The notes under the pieces: generated by a model
Database searches by the model: none
Told to the model about the DNA's origin: nothing
What the model saw: only the letters and a program-made list of their open reading frames with translations
Position numbers and translations under genes: made by a program
Origin: a virus
Reading direction: 5' to 3' (one strand)
Length of the DNA stretch: 64,000 bases
IMG/VR virus record: IMGVR_UViG_3300020558_000217
Span: 1-64,000 of that record
Shown here: positions 40,644 through 50,643 of the stretch, piece by piece
How positions within the stretch are numbered: the stretch's first letter is position 1
Layout: the number at the start of each line of letters is the position of its first letter

Positions 40644-41786
40644 TTGGAGGATAACATGGCTCGTCGCGCTGCTCTTATTAAACGTAAACCGAAGATTACT
40701 CGCACGACTCGTTCGGAGCAGTATATCATTAATAAGAAGCATCTGGGCGACGAGCCAATTTTCACGAAGCCTCTTACAAAGGTAGATTACATCTACGCTC
40801 TGAATTGGTATAACTATATGTGCACCAATACAGAGGCCAAAGAATATATTGTAGAATATCTTAAAAATCTTGGCCGTGTGCTCGAGGCTAAACAGTTCAA
40901 GTCTGTTCCTGACAATCTTGTGCCGACAACTGTGGCATGGATTTGTCGTATGTTGTCTAAAGGATATAAACTTCCTACTGATACCGCTGAATATATCAAT
41001 CAACGCATCAAAGAAACATATAAATACATTCAGGAACCCAAGGAAGAAAGTAGTAAGCCGACGGTTTCTATTCAAGATCGCATGCGCGAGCGTACACACG
41101 ATATTCTCGGTGAAATTGAGGGAATGATAGACGACTACATCTACAATAATGTAGAATTTTCTCTTTATGAGTGGCTGCAGTCTAATAACATTCCTGCCGC
41201 CTATGCTACTTCTATCATCTCCAAATTTACCCCAGTCTTAGACGAATTGCTGCAAGCATATGAGGGTAAATGTGAACAACTCAAAGAAGGTTATCGTCAT
41301 CTCAAGAAAACCGAGATCAAAAATCTCGTCACATTCTACAATACTCTCATCGAAGATGCAGAGAGATATTGTTCGAACACGAAAAAAGTTAAGAAAGCTC
41401 GTAAGCCAAGAACGATCTCGGTCGAAAAGAAAGTCAAGAATCTCAAGTTCCAAAAGGAAGATGCAACTTACAAACTTGCTTCGGTTAGTCCAGAGAAAAT
41501 TATTGGTGCGCAGGAATTGTGGACGTTTAATTCGAAATACAAAACTGTCACGGTATTGCGTGCGATCGATCGTGGCGGGTTACAAATTAAGGGAACTAGC
41601 ATTACAAACTTTGACGAAGTTAATTCTATTACGAGATCTTTGGGGCGTAAAGACCCGAACGAAGTGGTCAAGCGCATACTTGAGGGTGGAAAACTTGTTC
41701 TCCGAAAAGTCCTTGACGATTTCAAGACGGAAAAGCCTCTTGCGTATCGCATCAACGAAAACACTATCCTGTTGAGGATTATATAA
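40644..41786 (+). CDS. Hypothetical phage protein
   Basis: 380 aa with promoter and RBS; ALNWYNY...RINENTILLR. Confidence 0.65.
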   Translation: MEDNMARRAALIKRKPKITRTTRSEQYIINKKHLGDEPIFTKPLTKVDYIYALNWYNYMCTNTEAKEYIVEYLKNLGRVLEAKQFKSVPDNLVPTTVAWICRMLSKGYKLPTDTAEYINQRIKETYKYIQEPKEESSKPTVSIQDRMRERTHDILGEIEGMIDDYIYNNVEFSLYEWLQSNNIPAAYATSIISKFTPVLDELLQAYEGKCEQLKEGYRHLKKTEIKNLVTFYNTLIEDAERYCSNTKKVKKARKPRTISVEKKVKNLKFQKEDATYKLASVSPEKIIGAQELWTFNSKYKTVTVLRAIDRGGLQIKGTSITNFDEVNSITRSLGRKDPNEVVKRILEGGKLVLRKVLDDFKTEKPLAYRINENTILLRII

Positions 41787-43222
41787 TGAGCGATCTTAAC
41801 GAAGACAAAGTCTATGACTTGATTGTTGTAGCAAGATTCCTGCTATGGTATCAGAAGGAAAATCCTGATGCTGTGTGGGGAGGAGAAAAGATTGAAGAAG
41901 TAATTGATTCTTTCTCCAGTTTAACTGGATTCGATATTGCTTTGTTACAGAATATCGCATCCTTTCAAAAGTAAAGGAAAATAAGATGAACAAGATTATC
42001 TTATCAACCGTTGCTGCCATGCTTATGGGTGGTAGTGCATTTGCTGGCGACGTTATTGCGCCTCCAGTTTCAAAGTATGTAGAAGAAACTCCTCTGCCTC
42101 CAAAGCGTCCTACCAATTTTGGTAAGACTGACAATCAGAAGGTTGCACAGAAGGTTCAGGAAGTAACCACAAGGAAGTAATTATGAAGAATATCATGTAT
42201 AGCGTGATGGTTGCTTCAATGTTATCTGGCTCTGCTGCTAGAGCAGAGCCAGAATTGAAGTGCTATGAAAATAAAGATTTCATGAAGATGATCGACGATA
42301 AGAATCTTTCTACCATTTATAATGGTTTCAAGGATGATAACCGAGTTTCTGAGATCATGATGTCGAAGGAAAGATATATCTACGTTGTAGAATATGACAA
42401 GGCGACTGATGGTAATGCTTTTGCTGCCAAGCAATATTGCGTTACAACAATACTAAAAAACGTAACATTCAATGAATCTGCTATTGAATATCTTTACCAG
42501 CTTCTGGAAAAAGTGAGAGGACAAAAGACATGAGTATTCTTGGACCAGATGGTGGTTTAACTTTTAGTGTTACAGGTAAACAGAATAAAGATCCAATCAC
42601 TGACATTCGAATGGTAATGTTTCCTAAGATGATGGTTCATCCAGAAACTAAACAGATGGTAATGGTTCCTATGCAGGATCTTCAATATCAACGTCAGGGT
42701 TCTACAGAATGGTTTTCAGTGGCCATTCACGAAACTGATAAACACGATTTTAACCCGGAGTATAAAAATGAAGAAGTATCTACTAGTAATTCTAGCGGGG
42801 TTATCCTTTCTTAGTTTGGTTGGCTGTTCAGTACTCGGAACAGTCGTCAAGTGCTCTGTACGGGATAGTAGTAATAGACCGTGCCAGTGAAGGGCCAGAG
42901 GGAATACATGGACCGGAAATCGAAGATTTTGAAAATTCTGTTGACAAGTAGCGTTTTTACGCTATACTATATGAATATGGCAATGGCAGCGGATGATATA
43001 TCATGTGATAAGAAGACTAGCGATAGCCATATCATCCACTGTAAAACAAAAAAGGTGATGGATGTTTCGTTGGTTTCTATTAACGGCGGTGAGTGTAACT
43101 CTCCTGCATTCCACTGGCATGGTAGCGGTGAGTTTTCCATTCCAGGAACTAAAGAATGTGGCTACGTTGGAGCAGTCACATTATCAATCGACGGTCACAA
43201 TAAAACCTTCGCCCCATTATAA
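41786..43222 (+). CDS. Cluster of small genes, several exported (41986, 42183, lipoprotein 42768-42890, about 42908-43222)
   Basis: Signal peptides ending AFA, ARA, AMA; lipobox LVGC. Confidence 0.55.
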
Positions 43223-43225
43223 ATA
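43218..43225 (+). promoter_or_regulatory. T4-type late promoter upstream of tmRNA
   Basis: Exact TATAAATA. Confidence 0.7.
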
Positions 43226-43230
43226 GAATT

Positions 43231-43560
43231 GCCGAGGTCGTTGAGAGACGAAACATAGGTTTCTTGGACGTGGGTGCGATTCCCACCGCCTCCACCATAG
43301 ATACATTAGGAAAGACAATGTTTTAGAAAAGTTCTAGCACCAAGTGAGTTCTAAAACATAAGAAGATCATTGCTTCAGCTTGCCGACTAGACTAGTGTAT
43401 CTATGATGGGGGCGAACAGGTTCGACGGGATACAGTAAGGTCGTAAGGAGACCAAAGGCAAGTATAGGTGCTAACGATAACTTTGCACCATTTGACTTCG
43501 CTCTAGCAGCGTAAGTTCATTGGGTTCTGCAAGTCTTACCTCGAAACAGAAAAGACTTGC
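43231..43560 (+). ncRNA. ssrA: Circularly permuted two-piece tmRNA
   Basis: Acceptor piece ends in T-arm plus CGCCTCCACCA (43297); coding piece starts GGGGGCG (43408) with a G3:U70 pair; tag ANDNFAPFDFALAA* at 43470-43514. Confidence 0.92.
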
Positions 43561-43594
43561 CTTTCTGATTATACCATAGTATAATACTAATAAT

Positions 43595-43671
43595 GGCTCC
43601 GTAGCTCAGCAGGATAGAGCAACAGACTTCTAATCTGTGGGTCGAACGTTCGAATCGTTCCGGAGTCGCCA
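43595..43671 (+). tRNA. tRNA-Arg (anticodon TCT)
   Basis: GGCTCCG/CGGAGTC acceptor, ACAGA-CTTCTAA-TCTGT anticodon arm, GTTCGAAT, encoded CCA. Confidence 0.95.
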
Positions 43672-43816
43672 TTTCTTAGGAGAACTAAAATGTCAAGACA
43701 CAATCATTGGTTTTGGAATAGTTCTTTCGTCAATGTTGTCCATCAAAAATTACTACACTTAACTTCATACATCTGGAAGAAGCAGAATCACAACCACTAA
43801 AATCGGAGATTATATT

Positions 43817-44221
43817 ATGGCTTATAGAGACGAACCTGGAATTGTCTATTATGTGACATGTCTGTTGATCTTTGGTTTTGCACTATATGGTTGGATTTCG
43901 AATATCCTTATCCTTTGGAATTCGTTTGATTCTCCTCTGACAGCTAAGATGATTGTTCGTATTGCTGGTATTTTTGTAACTCCTCTAGGAATTATTCTAG
44001 GATATATCTAAAAGGAATGTGGCTTGAAAAACTCTCGTCCTTCTTCGCTTTCGCAGATTTATAATCTGAAACATGCATTTGAATATGAACTGAATAATGT
44101 GTTAGCCTTTGAAGATAGACAGGAGTTTTTTAGAGTCATAAATTACTTTGAACAGAGAATTTCAGAATTGAAAGAAGAAGAAAAGCAATGCTTAAGAATT
44201 CAGTCTTCGTTGAAGAAGTAG
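43817..44221 (+). CDS. Two small hypothetical proteins (the first is a membrane protein)
   Basis: ORFs 43817-44011 (2 TM) and 44024-44221. Confidence 0.5.
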
Positions 44222-44406
44222 AAAAACTGTGTCGAGATAAGAATATCGAATATATTGATGCTGTTGTCTTTTGGTGCGAAAAAAATAATCTAGAAATAGA
44301 GACTGCTGCTTATTGGATAAAAAAAGATCCAGTTATGAGATCTAAAATTCAACTAGAAGCCGAAAACCTTAATGTGCTTAAACGAGGAGCAAGATTGCCC
44401 ATATAA
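44188..44406 (+). CDS. 33: Late transcription coactivator gp33
   Basis: YIDAVV.WCE.NN.EIE...K.QLEAENLN.L...ARLP; position before gp59/gp32. Confidence 0.85.
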   Translation: MLKNSVFVEEVEKLCRDKNIEYIDAVVFWCEKNNLEIETAAYWIKKDPVMRSKIQLEAENLNVLKRGARLPI

Positions 44407-44422
44407 ATATTAGGTTCAGCCA

Positions 44423-44941
44423 TTGTTGGAGGCGTCTATGCGTATAAAAACAATCGGTCGACCATCGCATGTATCCTTGGGGATAGTTAAAAAGGCAGCT
44501 TATTTTTATGGTAAATATCTAATCGGGGGTGGAAAGCTATTTAATAATATCCGTTTGACTGTTCAGTTTGAACACTTCAATAAAAATGACGGAGATTATG
44601 CATACTGCGATTGGACAGACGACAATAACAGTTGCAGAGAGTTTTTAATAGGTATTGACCATGCTTTGAGCAAAAAAGAAACTTTGCTTGCTCTTGCTCA
44701 TGAAATGGTTCATCTTAAGCAATATGCGAGAGGTGAAATGAAAGATATCTGGCGTCCGGTTAGAATGGTAAAGTGGCAGGGCGAAAGATACTTGCATGAA
44801 GAAATGGATTACTGGGAGTGCCCCTGGGAAATTGAAGCGTATGGTCGTGAAAAGGGTCTATACTTCAAATTTCTAACATATTTACAGTATGGAGAGCCTG
44901 AAGAATTATGTCAGCGTTCGAAGCATATAAAGAGTACATAG
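44423..44941 (+). CDS. HExxH zinc metalloprotease-like protein
   Basis: LAHEMVHLKQY...PWEIEAY; TATAAATA at 44402. Confidence 0.75.
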   Translation: MLEASMRIKTIGRPSHVSLGIVKKAAYFYGKYLIGGGKLFNNIRLTVQFEHFNKNDGDYAYCDWTDDNNSCREFLIGIDHALSKKETLLALAHEMVHLKQYARGEMKDIWRPVRMVKWQGERYLHEEMDYWECPWEIEAYGREKGLYFKFLTYLQYGEPEELCQRSKHIKST

Positions 44942-45483
44942 CCCTTAAAAATCATTTCACCAAAGCTGATTATGACTACATTAAATACAACGGAAAGACA
45001 GGAATAAAACATGCTTCCTTTGAGAAGCGAAAAGACAAGATTTTCTTTGAGAAACTTTCAAAGATTGAGAATTATCACGAGTTTCTTATTGCTAATCTTA
45101 GTAATAATCCTAAACTCTGGATTCGTGATCTAGCGTATTCAGAATCCGCTCAATTAACATATCAAAATTGGAAAAAGAGAAATCAGTCTCTTACATACAA
45201 TTTTAAAAACGATTTCAAAAAAATATTAGAAGAACCAGGAGGGCAGCAACATCCAGCCGCCCTTCGATTATATCTTGGTAACCAGATCAGTTTGGAGTCT
45301 CTTTGTATCTTTATTAAAATGACAAAGGCGATCGATCAATGGGACTCTAAACTTGAATATGACCCGATATGGGAAGATATCCGATTGAGGGTTGTAAAAT
45401 ATACTTCATTCATCAAATTTGATTATGAGAAAGTTAAGCAGACAATGCTTGACATTATGAATGATATGGAGTATACTAAATAA
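44908..45483 (+). CDS. 59: Helicase loader gp59
   Basis: YIALKNHFT..DYDY.KYNGK, KRKDKIFFEKL; synteny. Confidence 0.85.
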   Translation: MSAFEAYKEYIALKNHFTKADYDYIKYNGKTGIKHASFEKRKDKIFFEKLSKIENYHEFLIANLSNNPKLWIRDLAYSESAQLTYQNWKKRNQSLTYNFKNDFKKILEEPGGQQHPAALRLYLGNQISLESLCIFIKMTKAIDQWDSKLEYDPIWEDIRLRVVKYTSFIKFDYEKVKQTMLDIMNDMEYTK

Positions 45484-45544
45484 TGGCGGGCGATACAAAT
45501 GCCCAACATACAATTGTTATACACTGTAATACGGAGAAATATAC

Positions 45545-46450
45545 ATGGTAGATTTTAAGTCCCTCAAAGCAGCTTCAGGTAAGAAGTCTCTAGAATCCCT
45601 AACATCAGAGCTTAATAAGCTATCAGGCGGCGAAGGCAAGGGTGCCGATGATCGTTTCTGGGCGCCAACAGTCGATAAGGCTGGTAATGGTTATGCTGTT
45701 ATTAGGTTTCTTCCTCCACCAGCTAACGAAGACGTTCCTTTCGTTCGTATCTTTGATCATGGTTTCCAGGGTCCAGGTGGATGGTATATTGAGAATTCTC
45801 TGACCACTCTTGGTAAGAATGACCCAGTTTCAGAATATAATTCTAAGTTGTGGAACTCCGGTATTGAGGCCAACAAGGAAATTGCTCGTAAGCAGAAGCG
45901 TCGCCTTCACTTCATCAGCAATATCTACGTTGTCAGCGATTCTGGCAATCCTGCTAATGAGGGTAAAGTTTTTCTTTACAAGTACGGTAAGAAGATCTTT
46001 GACAAGCTCAAGGAAGCGATGGAGCCACAGTTTGCGGATGAAGAGGCTGTAAATCCTTTTGATCTTTGGGCTGGTGCTAACTTCAAGTTGAAGATTCGTA
46101 ATCTCGAGGGTTATCGCAATTACGATAAGTCTGAGTTTGATAAACCAAGTCCACTTCTTAAGGATGACGAAGAGCTAGAAAAGGTTTGGAAGAGCGAACA
46201 TTCACTTCAGGAATTTCTTGCTCCATCTAACTTCAAATCTTATGAAGAACTTCAGACTCGTTTGTCTAAGGTTCTTGCTGAAGACTCTGCTCCTGCAAAG
46301 CGTAAGGCAGCGGAGAACACTGAAGTTCCATGGCAGGAAGAAGAGTCTGCTCCTACCTTTAAGGCGACTCATGCGCCAAAGTATTCATCTGATGATGAAG
46401 ATGATGATGATGAGTCATTGGAGTTTTTTAAGAAACTTGCTAACGACTAA
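45545..46450 (+). CDS. 32: Single-stranded DNA-binding protein gp32
   Basis: DKAGNGYAVIRFLP, GGWYIENSLTT, GKKIFDK, NYDKSEF, acidic tail. Confidence 0.97.
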   Translation: MVDFKSLKAASGKKSLESLTSELNKLSGGEGKGADDRFWAPTVDKAGNGYAVIRFLPPPANEDVPFVRIFDHGFQGPGGWYIENSLTTLGKNDPVSEYNSKLWNSGIEANKEIARKQKRRLHFISNIYVVSDSGNPANEGKVFLYKYGKKIFDKLKEAMEPQFADEEAVNPFDLWAGANFKLKIRNLEGYRNYDKSEFDKPSPLLKDDEELEKVWKSEHSLQEFLAPSNFKSYEELQTRLSKVLAEDSAPAKRKAAENTEVPWQEEESAPTFKATHAPKYSSDDEDDDDESLEFFKKLAND

Positions 46451-46454
46451 AATG

Positions 46455-46484
46455 AAGAGGGAGCCAAATTGGCTCCCTTTTTTA
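46455..46484 (+). terminator. Terminator between convergent genes
   Basis: AGGGAGCCAA/TTGGCTCCCT plus T-run. Confidence 0.85.
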
Positions 46485-48491
46485 TTAACCCCAAGACATA
46501 TTCTTTTTATAATTTTTCATCTCTTCATAATGATTACCGCCAAGCATACTAGCCCAATCTGGCCATTCAATATCTCCTGGCATATTATAAGCAAACCCTG
46601 ATTGATTTGTAGCAGTCATTCTATTTGGTTCTACATTAACTTGAGGATTAAAGAAAGAACCTTGAGCTTCTTGTATTGTTTGTTCTGTTGCTTGAGATGT
46701 TACTGCTGCTTGATTGAGCATTTGAGCGTTTAATGCAGGCATCGATGGCGTTGAAACTAATTCAGATTGAATAGCAGATGTAATCATTGGTAGAAGCATA
46801 CCAACTATACCACCAATTCCTCCTCCCATCATTCCTGGCATCATACCCATCATTTGACCCATCATATTTGCGCCAGCTGGAGGAGCTGAGATACCCGAAG
46901 ATATGGGTGCTTGTGCTACTGGTTCTGCAGCCGCCATAGGTGATGCTGCAGGAGGTGCCATAGATGTCGTAGTTCCTACTGCTGGTGTTGCACCTTGTAA
47001 TGCTCTTTGTTCTGGGGTTCCTGCTACTTGATACGTATCTGGAACCGATGGCGCACCACCTTTTGGTATTTCAGCATGTAAATGGTTATTATGACCAGCT
47101 GCTGCGTATGGTCCGCTTTCTCTCCAATAAACTTTATATCCAAGTCTAGTCAATTGTTCGGCTAATTGATCGAACTTGGCTCCCATAACAGGATCTCTCG
47201 CTTCAACATTACCTTCTCCGAAATTGATGTCAATTGCTCTACCTTCATAATGAGCTTTGCCTTTATGAACTGGTTTTACACCACCAAATTGTGGATGTTC
47301 AGAAATGCGCATTCCCATTTTTTCTAGAGCATGTCCAAGAGCTACTACGTCTCCTGCAGGCAAAGAAGCGCCAACTTGTTCGCCATGGCCATGACCTTCA
47401 TGAGCTACGCCGCTAATTGGCCCATGGCCGCCTTCTTTACCTATACGTTCTGTACGAGGATCGTTGGCAGAAGGAATGACTTCAGGCGTTGATACTGGGG
47501 TGGCTGTTGGAGTGGATGTTGGGGTGGTGCCACCAGAAGGCGTAGAAGTTGTTTTATTGTCTTGCGGCGAACTTTTAGCTAACGCTGCAGCATTAGCCAT
47601 CCTTTGGCCTAAATGTTGATGCGTTGATCTTTCGTAACCATAATCGATTGCTCTTGCTGCTTCTATTGCTGTAGAAGCAGATTTAAGCATTTGACCAGCA
47701 CGTTTTTCAGTATTCATTAATTCCCATTGAACGAACTCTAACTGTTGTTTAAAGTTAGATTGTCTAATAGGAATTCCCATTACTTGTTGGAACTTAGCTT
47801 GTCTATCTGGATGCCATTGAGCAATTCCGTATGCTTGACCGTTATCACCCACAGCATTAGTTCTTAAACTTTTTCCTGATTCTACTTGGAGATTGCCGAC
47901 AATGCCAGCTGCCTGTTCTTTTGACCAACCTTTTGATTGGAAGAAAGACATTGCTTCTGAAGAGCTTCCAGATTCACCAACCCCTGGACCTATTGCACCG
48001 CCACCACCAGCGGTTGAAAGCGCTGCCATTCCTCCACCAGCAACTGCAGCGCCAATACCTAATGTGGCTAATTGTTTTGCGAAATCCGAACTTAGATTAG
48101 TAATACTTCCTAGCAAACCACTGCTGCTAGTATTCATGATATTGCGATTTAGACTTTCAATATCACCACTAAGAGTACGAGTGTTTCTGGTTACATTACT
48201 AATTTCAGTGCGCATAGAATTTTGAATTTCTAAAGACTCTCTGAATAGAGAATTTAGGCTATCAATTTTATTGCCTGTTTGCTGAGACTCTGAAACCATC
48301 TCTTCAAGCACATTATGAAGATCCGCAATATCTTCTCTTTGTGATTTGAAGGTTGTAGAAATATCTTTGACAATTCTACTTAAATTGGCATTACTAGCAT
48401 TGGCTGCTTGACGAAACTCGCCTGCAGTCTCCATGCCGGCATTTCTAATGCCTCTAGTTATCGCCGATAATTCTTCTGCTTCTATGGCCAT
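46485..48491 (-). CDS. Baseplate hub/tape-measure-like protein with tail lysozyme and peptidase-like domains
   Basis: Coiled-coil N-terminus; AAGIVGNLQVES...GIAQWH..R (phage tail lysozyme); H.EGRAID...HNNHLH. Confidence 0.7.
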   Translation of the reverse strand: MAIEAEELSAITRGIRNAGMETAGEFRQAANASNANLSRIVKDISTTFKSQREDIADLHNVLEEMVSESQQTGNKIDSLNSLFRESLEIQNSMRTEISNVTRNTRTLSGDIESLNRNIMNTSSSGLLGSITNLSSDFAKQLATLGIGAAVAGGGMAALSTAGGGGAIGPGVGESGSSSEAMSFFQSKGWSKEQAAGIVGNLQVESGKSLRTNAVGDNGQAYGIAQWHPDRQAKFQQVMGIPIRQSNFKQQLEFVQWELMNTEKRAGQMLKSASTAIEAARAIDYGYERSTHQHLGQRMANAAALAKSSPQDNKTTSTPSGGTTPTSTPTATPVSTPEVIPSANDPRTERIGKEGGHGPISGVAHEGHGHGEQVGASLPAGDVVALGHALEKMGMRISEHPQFGGVKPVHKGKAHYEGRAIDINFGEGNVEARDPVMGAKFDQLAEQLTRLGYKVYWRESGPYAAAGHNNHLHAEIPKGGAPSVPDTYQVAGTPEQRALQGATPAVGTTTSMAPPAASPMAAAEPVAQAPISSGISAPPAGANMMGQMMGMMPGMMGGGIGGIVGMLLPMITSAIQSELVSTPSMPALNAQMLNQAAVTSQATEQTIQEAQGSFFNPQVNVEPNRMTATNQSGFAYNMPGDIEWPDWASMLGGNHYEEMKNYKKNMSWG

Positions 48492-48494
48492 TTG

Positions 48495-48677
48495 TTATCC
48501 GTTAGTTTTCTTTTTAGCTTCTTCTACTTCTTTCAAGTAGTTGACTAGCATTTGAACATATATGTCTCTCTCAAAGGGCATCATAGATTCTATTTCACTA
48601 ATTGAGTATTTATGGTGCTGAGCCAAAGAAAATACAGTCGCATAATAGTTAGATAGCGTATTATGACTCAGCGCCAC
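48495..48677 (-). CDS. 51: Baseplate hub assembly catalyst gp51-like
   Basis: FSLAQHHKYSISEIESMMPFERDIYV. Confidence 0.8.
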   Translation of the reverse strand: MALSHNTLSNYYATVFSLAQHHKYSISEIESMMPFERDIYVQMLVNYLKEVEEAKKKTNG

Positions 48678-49378
48678 GTAAAAAAATCATTTAACGAAGA
48701 CAACACGATTTCCCGATCGTTCCCAAGTTCGTTTTGGTATAAAATCTTATATTCCATTCTGGGAACATTTAATAGAAAGTTTTGAACTTGTTCAAATGTC
48801 TTGATATTTAAATTTTCAAGAAACTCGTTCAATTCTTCTCTTTTATAATCTTTACATTCATAAATCTGATCTTCAAAATAGATAGATTCGATACATCTGA
48901 TAATTAGCTCAAACATATAATCTTTTTCTAGATTTAGAAAATCTTTGTCATCGTATAACGCAGCTGAAGGATATTTCATGATTATCCCTGACTGCGGAGT
49001 TATCTTAATCTTGTTTTCCATTTTTTTGGGATAGTTGACTTTAACTTCTTCTAAATTGATTTCGAAGTCATATACTTTTTTATCCTCTGAATCTCTATAT
49101 GATACCTTTACTATGTTATCAACTGATACTGATCTTAATTTTAAGAAAATGTATTCAAGATCAAATAATGCTAGTTTGCTAACATCTAATTTTGGGTCAA
49201 CGGAACAATTATTGACTACCTGTTTAATAGCAGAAAGGATGTCAGCTGAATTATCGCTTTCCTTTGCCATCAACAATAATTTTTCTTCTTTGACTAAAAA
49301 AGGTCTAAACTGAAAGTCTTTTTTCAGAGATGGTACATTTATTTTATATACAGGATAATCAATTTTCGGTAATGACAT
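48668..49378 (-). CDS. 26: Baseplate hub subunit gp26
   Basis: MSLPKI..P.Y, FRPFLVKEEKLLL, FDLEYIFLKLRS.SV. Confidence 0.9.
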   Translation of the reverse strand: MSLPKIDYPVYKINVPSLKKDFQFRPFLVKEEKLLLMAKESDNSADILSAIKQVVNNCSVDPKLDVSKLALFDLEYIFLKLRSVSVDNIVKVSYRDSEDKKVYDFEINLEEVKVNYPKKMENKIKITPQSGIIMKYPSAALYDDKDFLNLEKDYMFELIIRCIESIYFEDQIYECKDYKREELNEFLENLNIKTFEQVQNFLLNVPRMEYKILYQNELGNDREIVLSSLNDFFTWR

Positions 49379-49393
49379 TAATATACTCCATTA

Positions 49394-50059
49394 TTAAATT
49401 GTCACAGAGCTCCTTGCAGTCCCTGATGATAGATTAGTTCTTTGTTGTGAATTAGTTGGCTGTATTGAAGAGTTTTCTATTGTATATTCTGTGTAAGCAA
49501 TAGAGACATTGATTTTTAGAAGATTTGAATCGCCCCAAGAGAGAGGAAATTCTCTGATAGCTGTAGGAAAGGCGTCAAAAAGATTTATTTTTTGAACTAT
49601 GTTACCATAATGGTCGTAAATGAAAATAACCATAGTGGTGGCATAGTTTTCTTTATAATCTGCAGTATAATTTGGCGTAGAATTATTTGCAGTTGAACCG
49701 TTATATTGAAAAATAGCTCTAGTCCATTGATACCAATATTGCCAAAATTCGCAATAATGATCGCCAAGCATAGAAATAGATACTTCTTGAAATTGAGCGC
49801 TTATTGGCATTTTTTGAGTTGGACCTATACCAAATCGATTAATATCCGCTGTCATTATAGAAATACCAGGAGCTCTTACTTGATCTATTCTGAACTCCAT
49901 GTTTTTAGCAATTTTATAAATGGCTGTAGGAGTGCCCTGATTACTAAGAACAGCGTTTGACAAAACTCGAGGAGTTTGTATCAAAACTGAGAATGCATTA
50001 TTGTCTAGATAGCCAAAATCTCTTAAATTTGTTTGATAGGCGTTTATGTTAAATGGCAT
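49394..50059 (-). CDS. Tail tube-like protein (gp54/gp19 family)
   Basis: PG.SI.T...Y....FDAFPTAI...LSWG pattern; synteny. Confidence 0.65.
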   Translation of the reverse strand: MPFNINAYQTNLRDFGYLDNNAFSVLIQTPRVLSNAVLSNQGTPTAIYKIAKNMEFRIDQVRAPGISIMTADINRFGIGPTQKMPISAQFQEVSISMLGDHYCEFWQYWYQWTRAIFQYNGSTANNSTPNYTADYKENYATTMVIFIYDHYGNIVQKINLFDAFPTAIREFPLSWGDSNLLKINVSIAYTEYTIENSSIQPTNSQQRTNLSSGTARSSVTI

Positions 50060-50067
50060 TTTTCTTC

Positions 50068-50643
50068 CTAGTAAGGTGGTGAACCAGCATATCTTCTATT
50101 ACTATTAATTTTCCATCTTTGAAGCGGTAACACAGCAGCCTTTTCCCAGTCAGAAGGGTCAACTTCATGAAAAGAACTTCTAACGTGCGAAAAAAGATAT
50201 CTTTTTATGCAACCTTCAACGCCTTTTAATTGATTAGAGTAACCTTTTAAAAACTCATAAGATATACTTAATCTCTTATTCTTATTATATTTATTTTCAT
50301 CGGTCAAATCTATCAGAGAATTTAATATTTTAATTCTGGCCAAAGGAGGTAGGTAATGAAGATTGATTCCTAAAAAACCATCTAGATACATTTCAACTGG
50401 TAGGGTCAGTGGAAACATATCGTAAAACGGTAAAGTGTTTTTGTATTTGGGATCATAAAGATAAAGAAACATTCCGCCTATAAAAGGCATAGATGATTTT
50501 CTAAAAATTTTATTAGGATCAGCTTTTGTTTTATTTGCCTTCAGATCTTCGACAGAGGAAGAAAACCAATCTTGGGCTGTAGTTGATTTGTCTGCTATAG
50601 CCCTGGAACTGGCTTTCAGAAGATCATTAAAAGTATTTGGCAT
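50068..50643 (-). CDS. 2: DNA end protector gp2
   Basis: YDPKYK.TLPFYD.FPL, GINLHYLPP, CIKRYL..HVRS. Confidence 0.9.
   Translation of the reverse strand: MPNTFNDLLKASSRAIADKSTTAQDWFSSSVEDLKANKTKADPNKIFRKSSMPFIGGMFLYLYDPKYKNTLPFYDMFPLTLPVEMYLDGFLGINLHYLPPLARIKILNSLIDLTDENKYNKNKRLSISYEFLKGYSNQLKGVEGCIKRYLFSHVRSSFHEVDPSDWEKAAVLPLQRWKINSNRRYAGSPPY

Noticed and set aside
41260-41775. 171-aa alternative-frame ORF
   Set aside because: Lies within gene 40644, has no RBS, and is Arg/Ser-rich like a frame artefact
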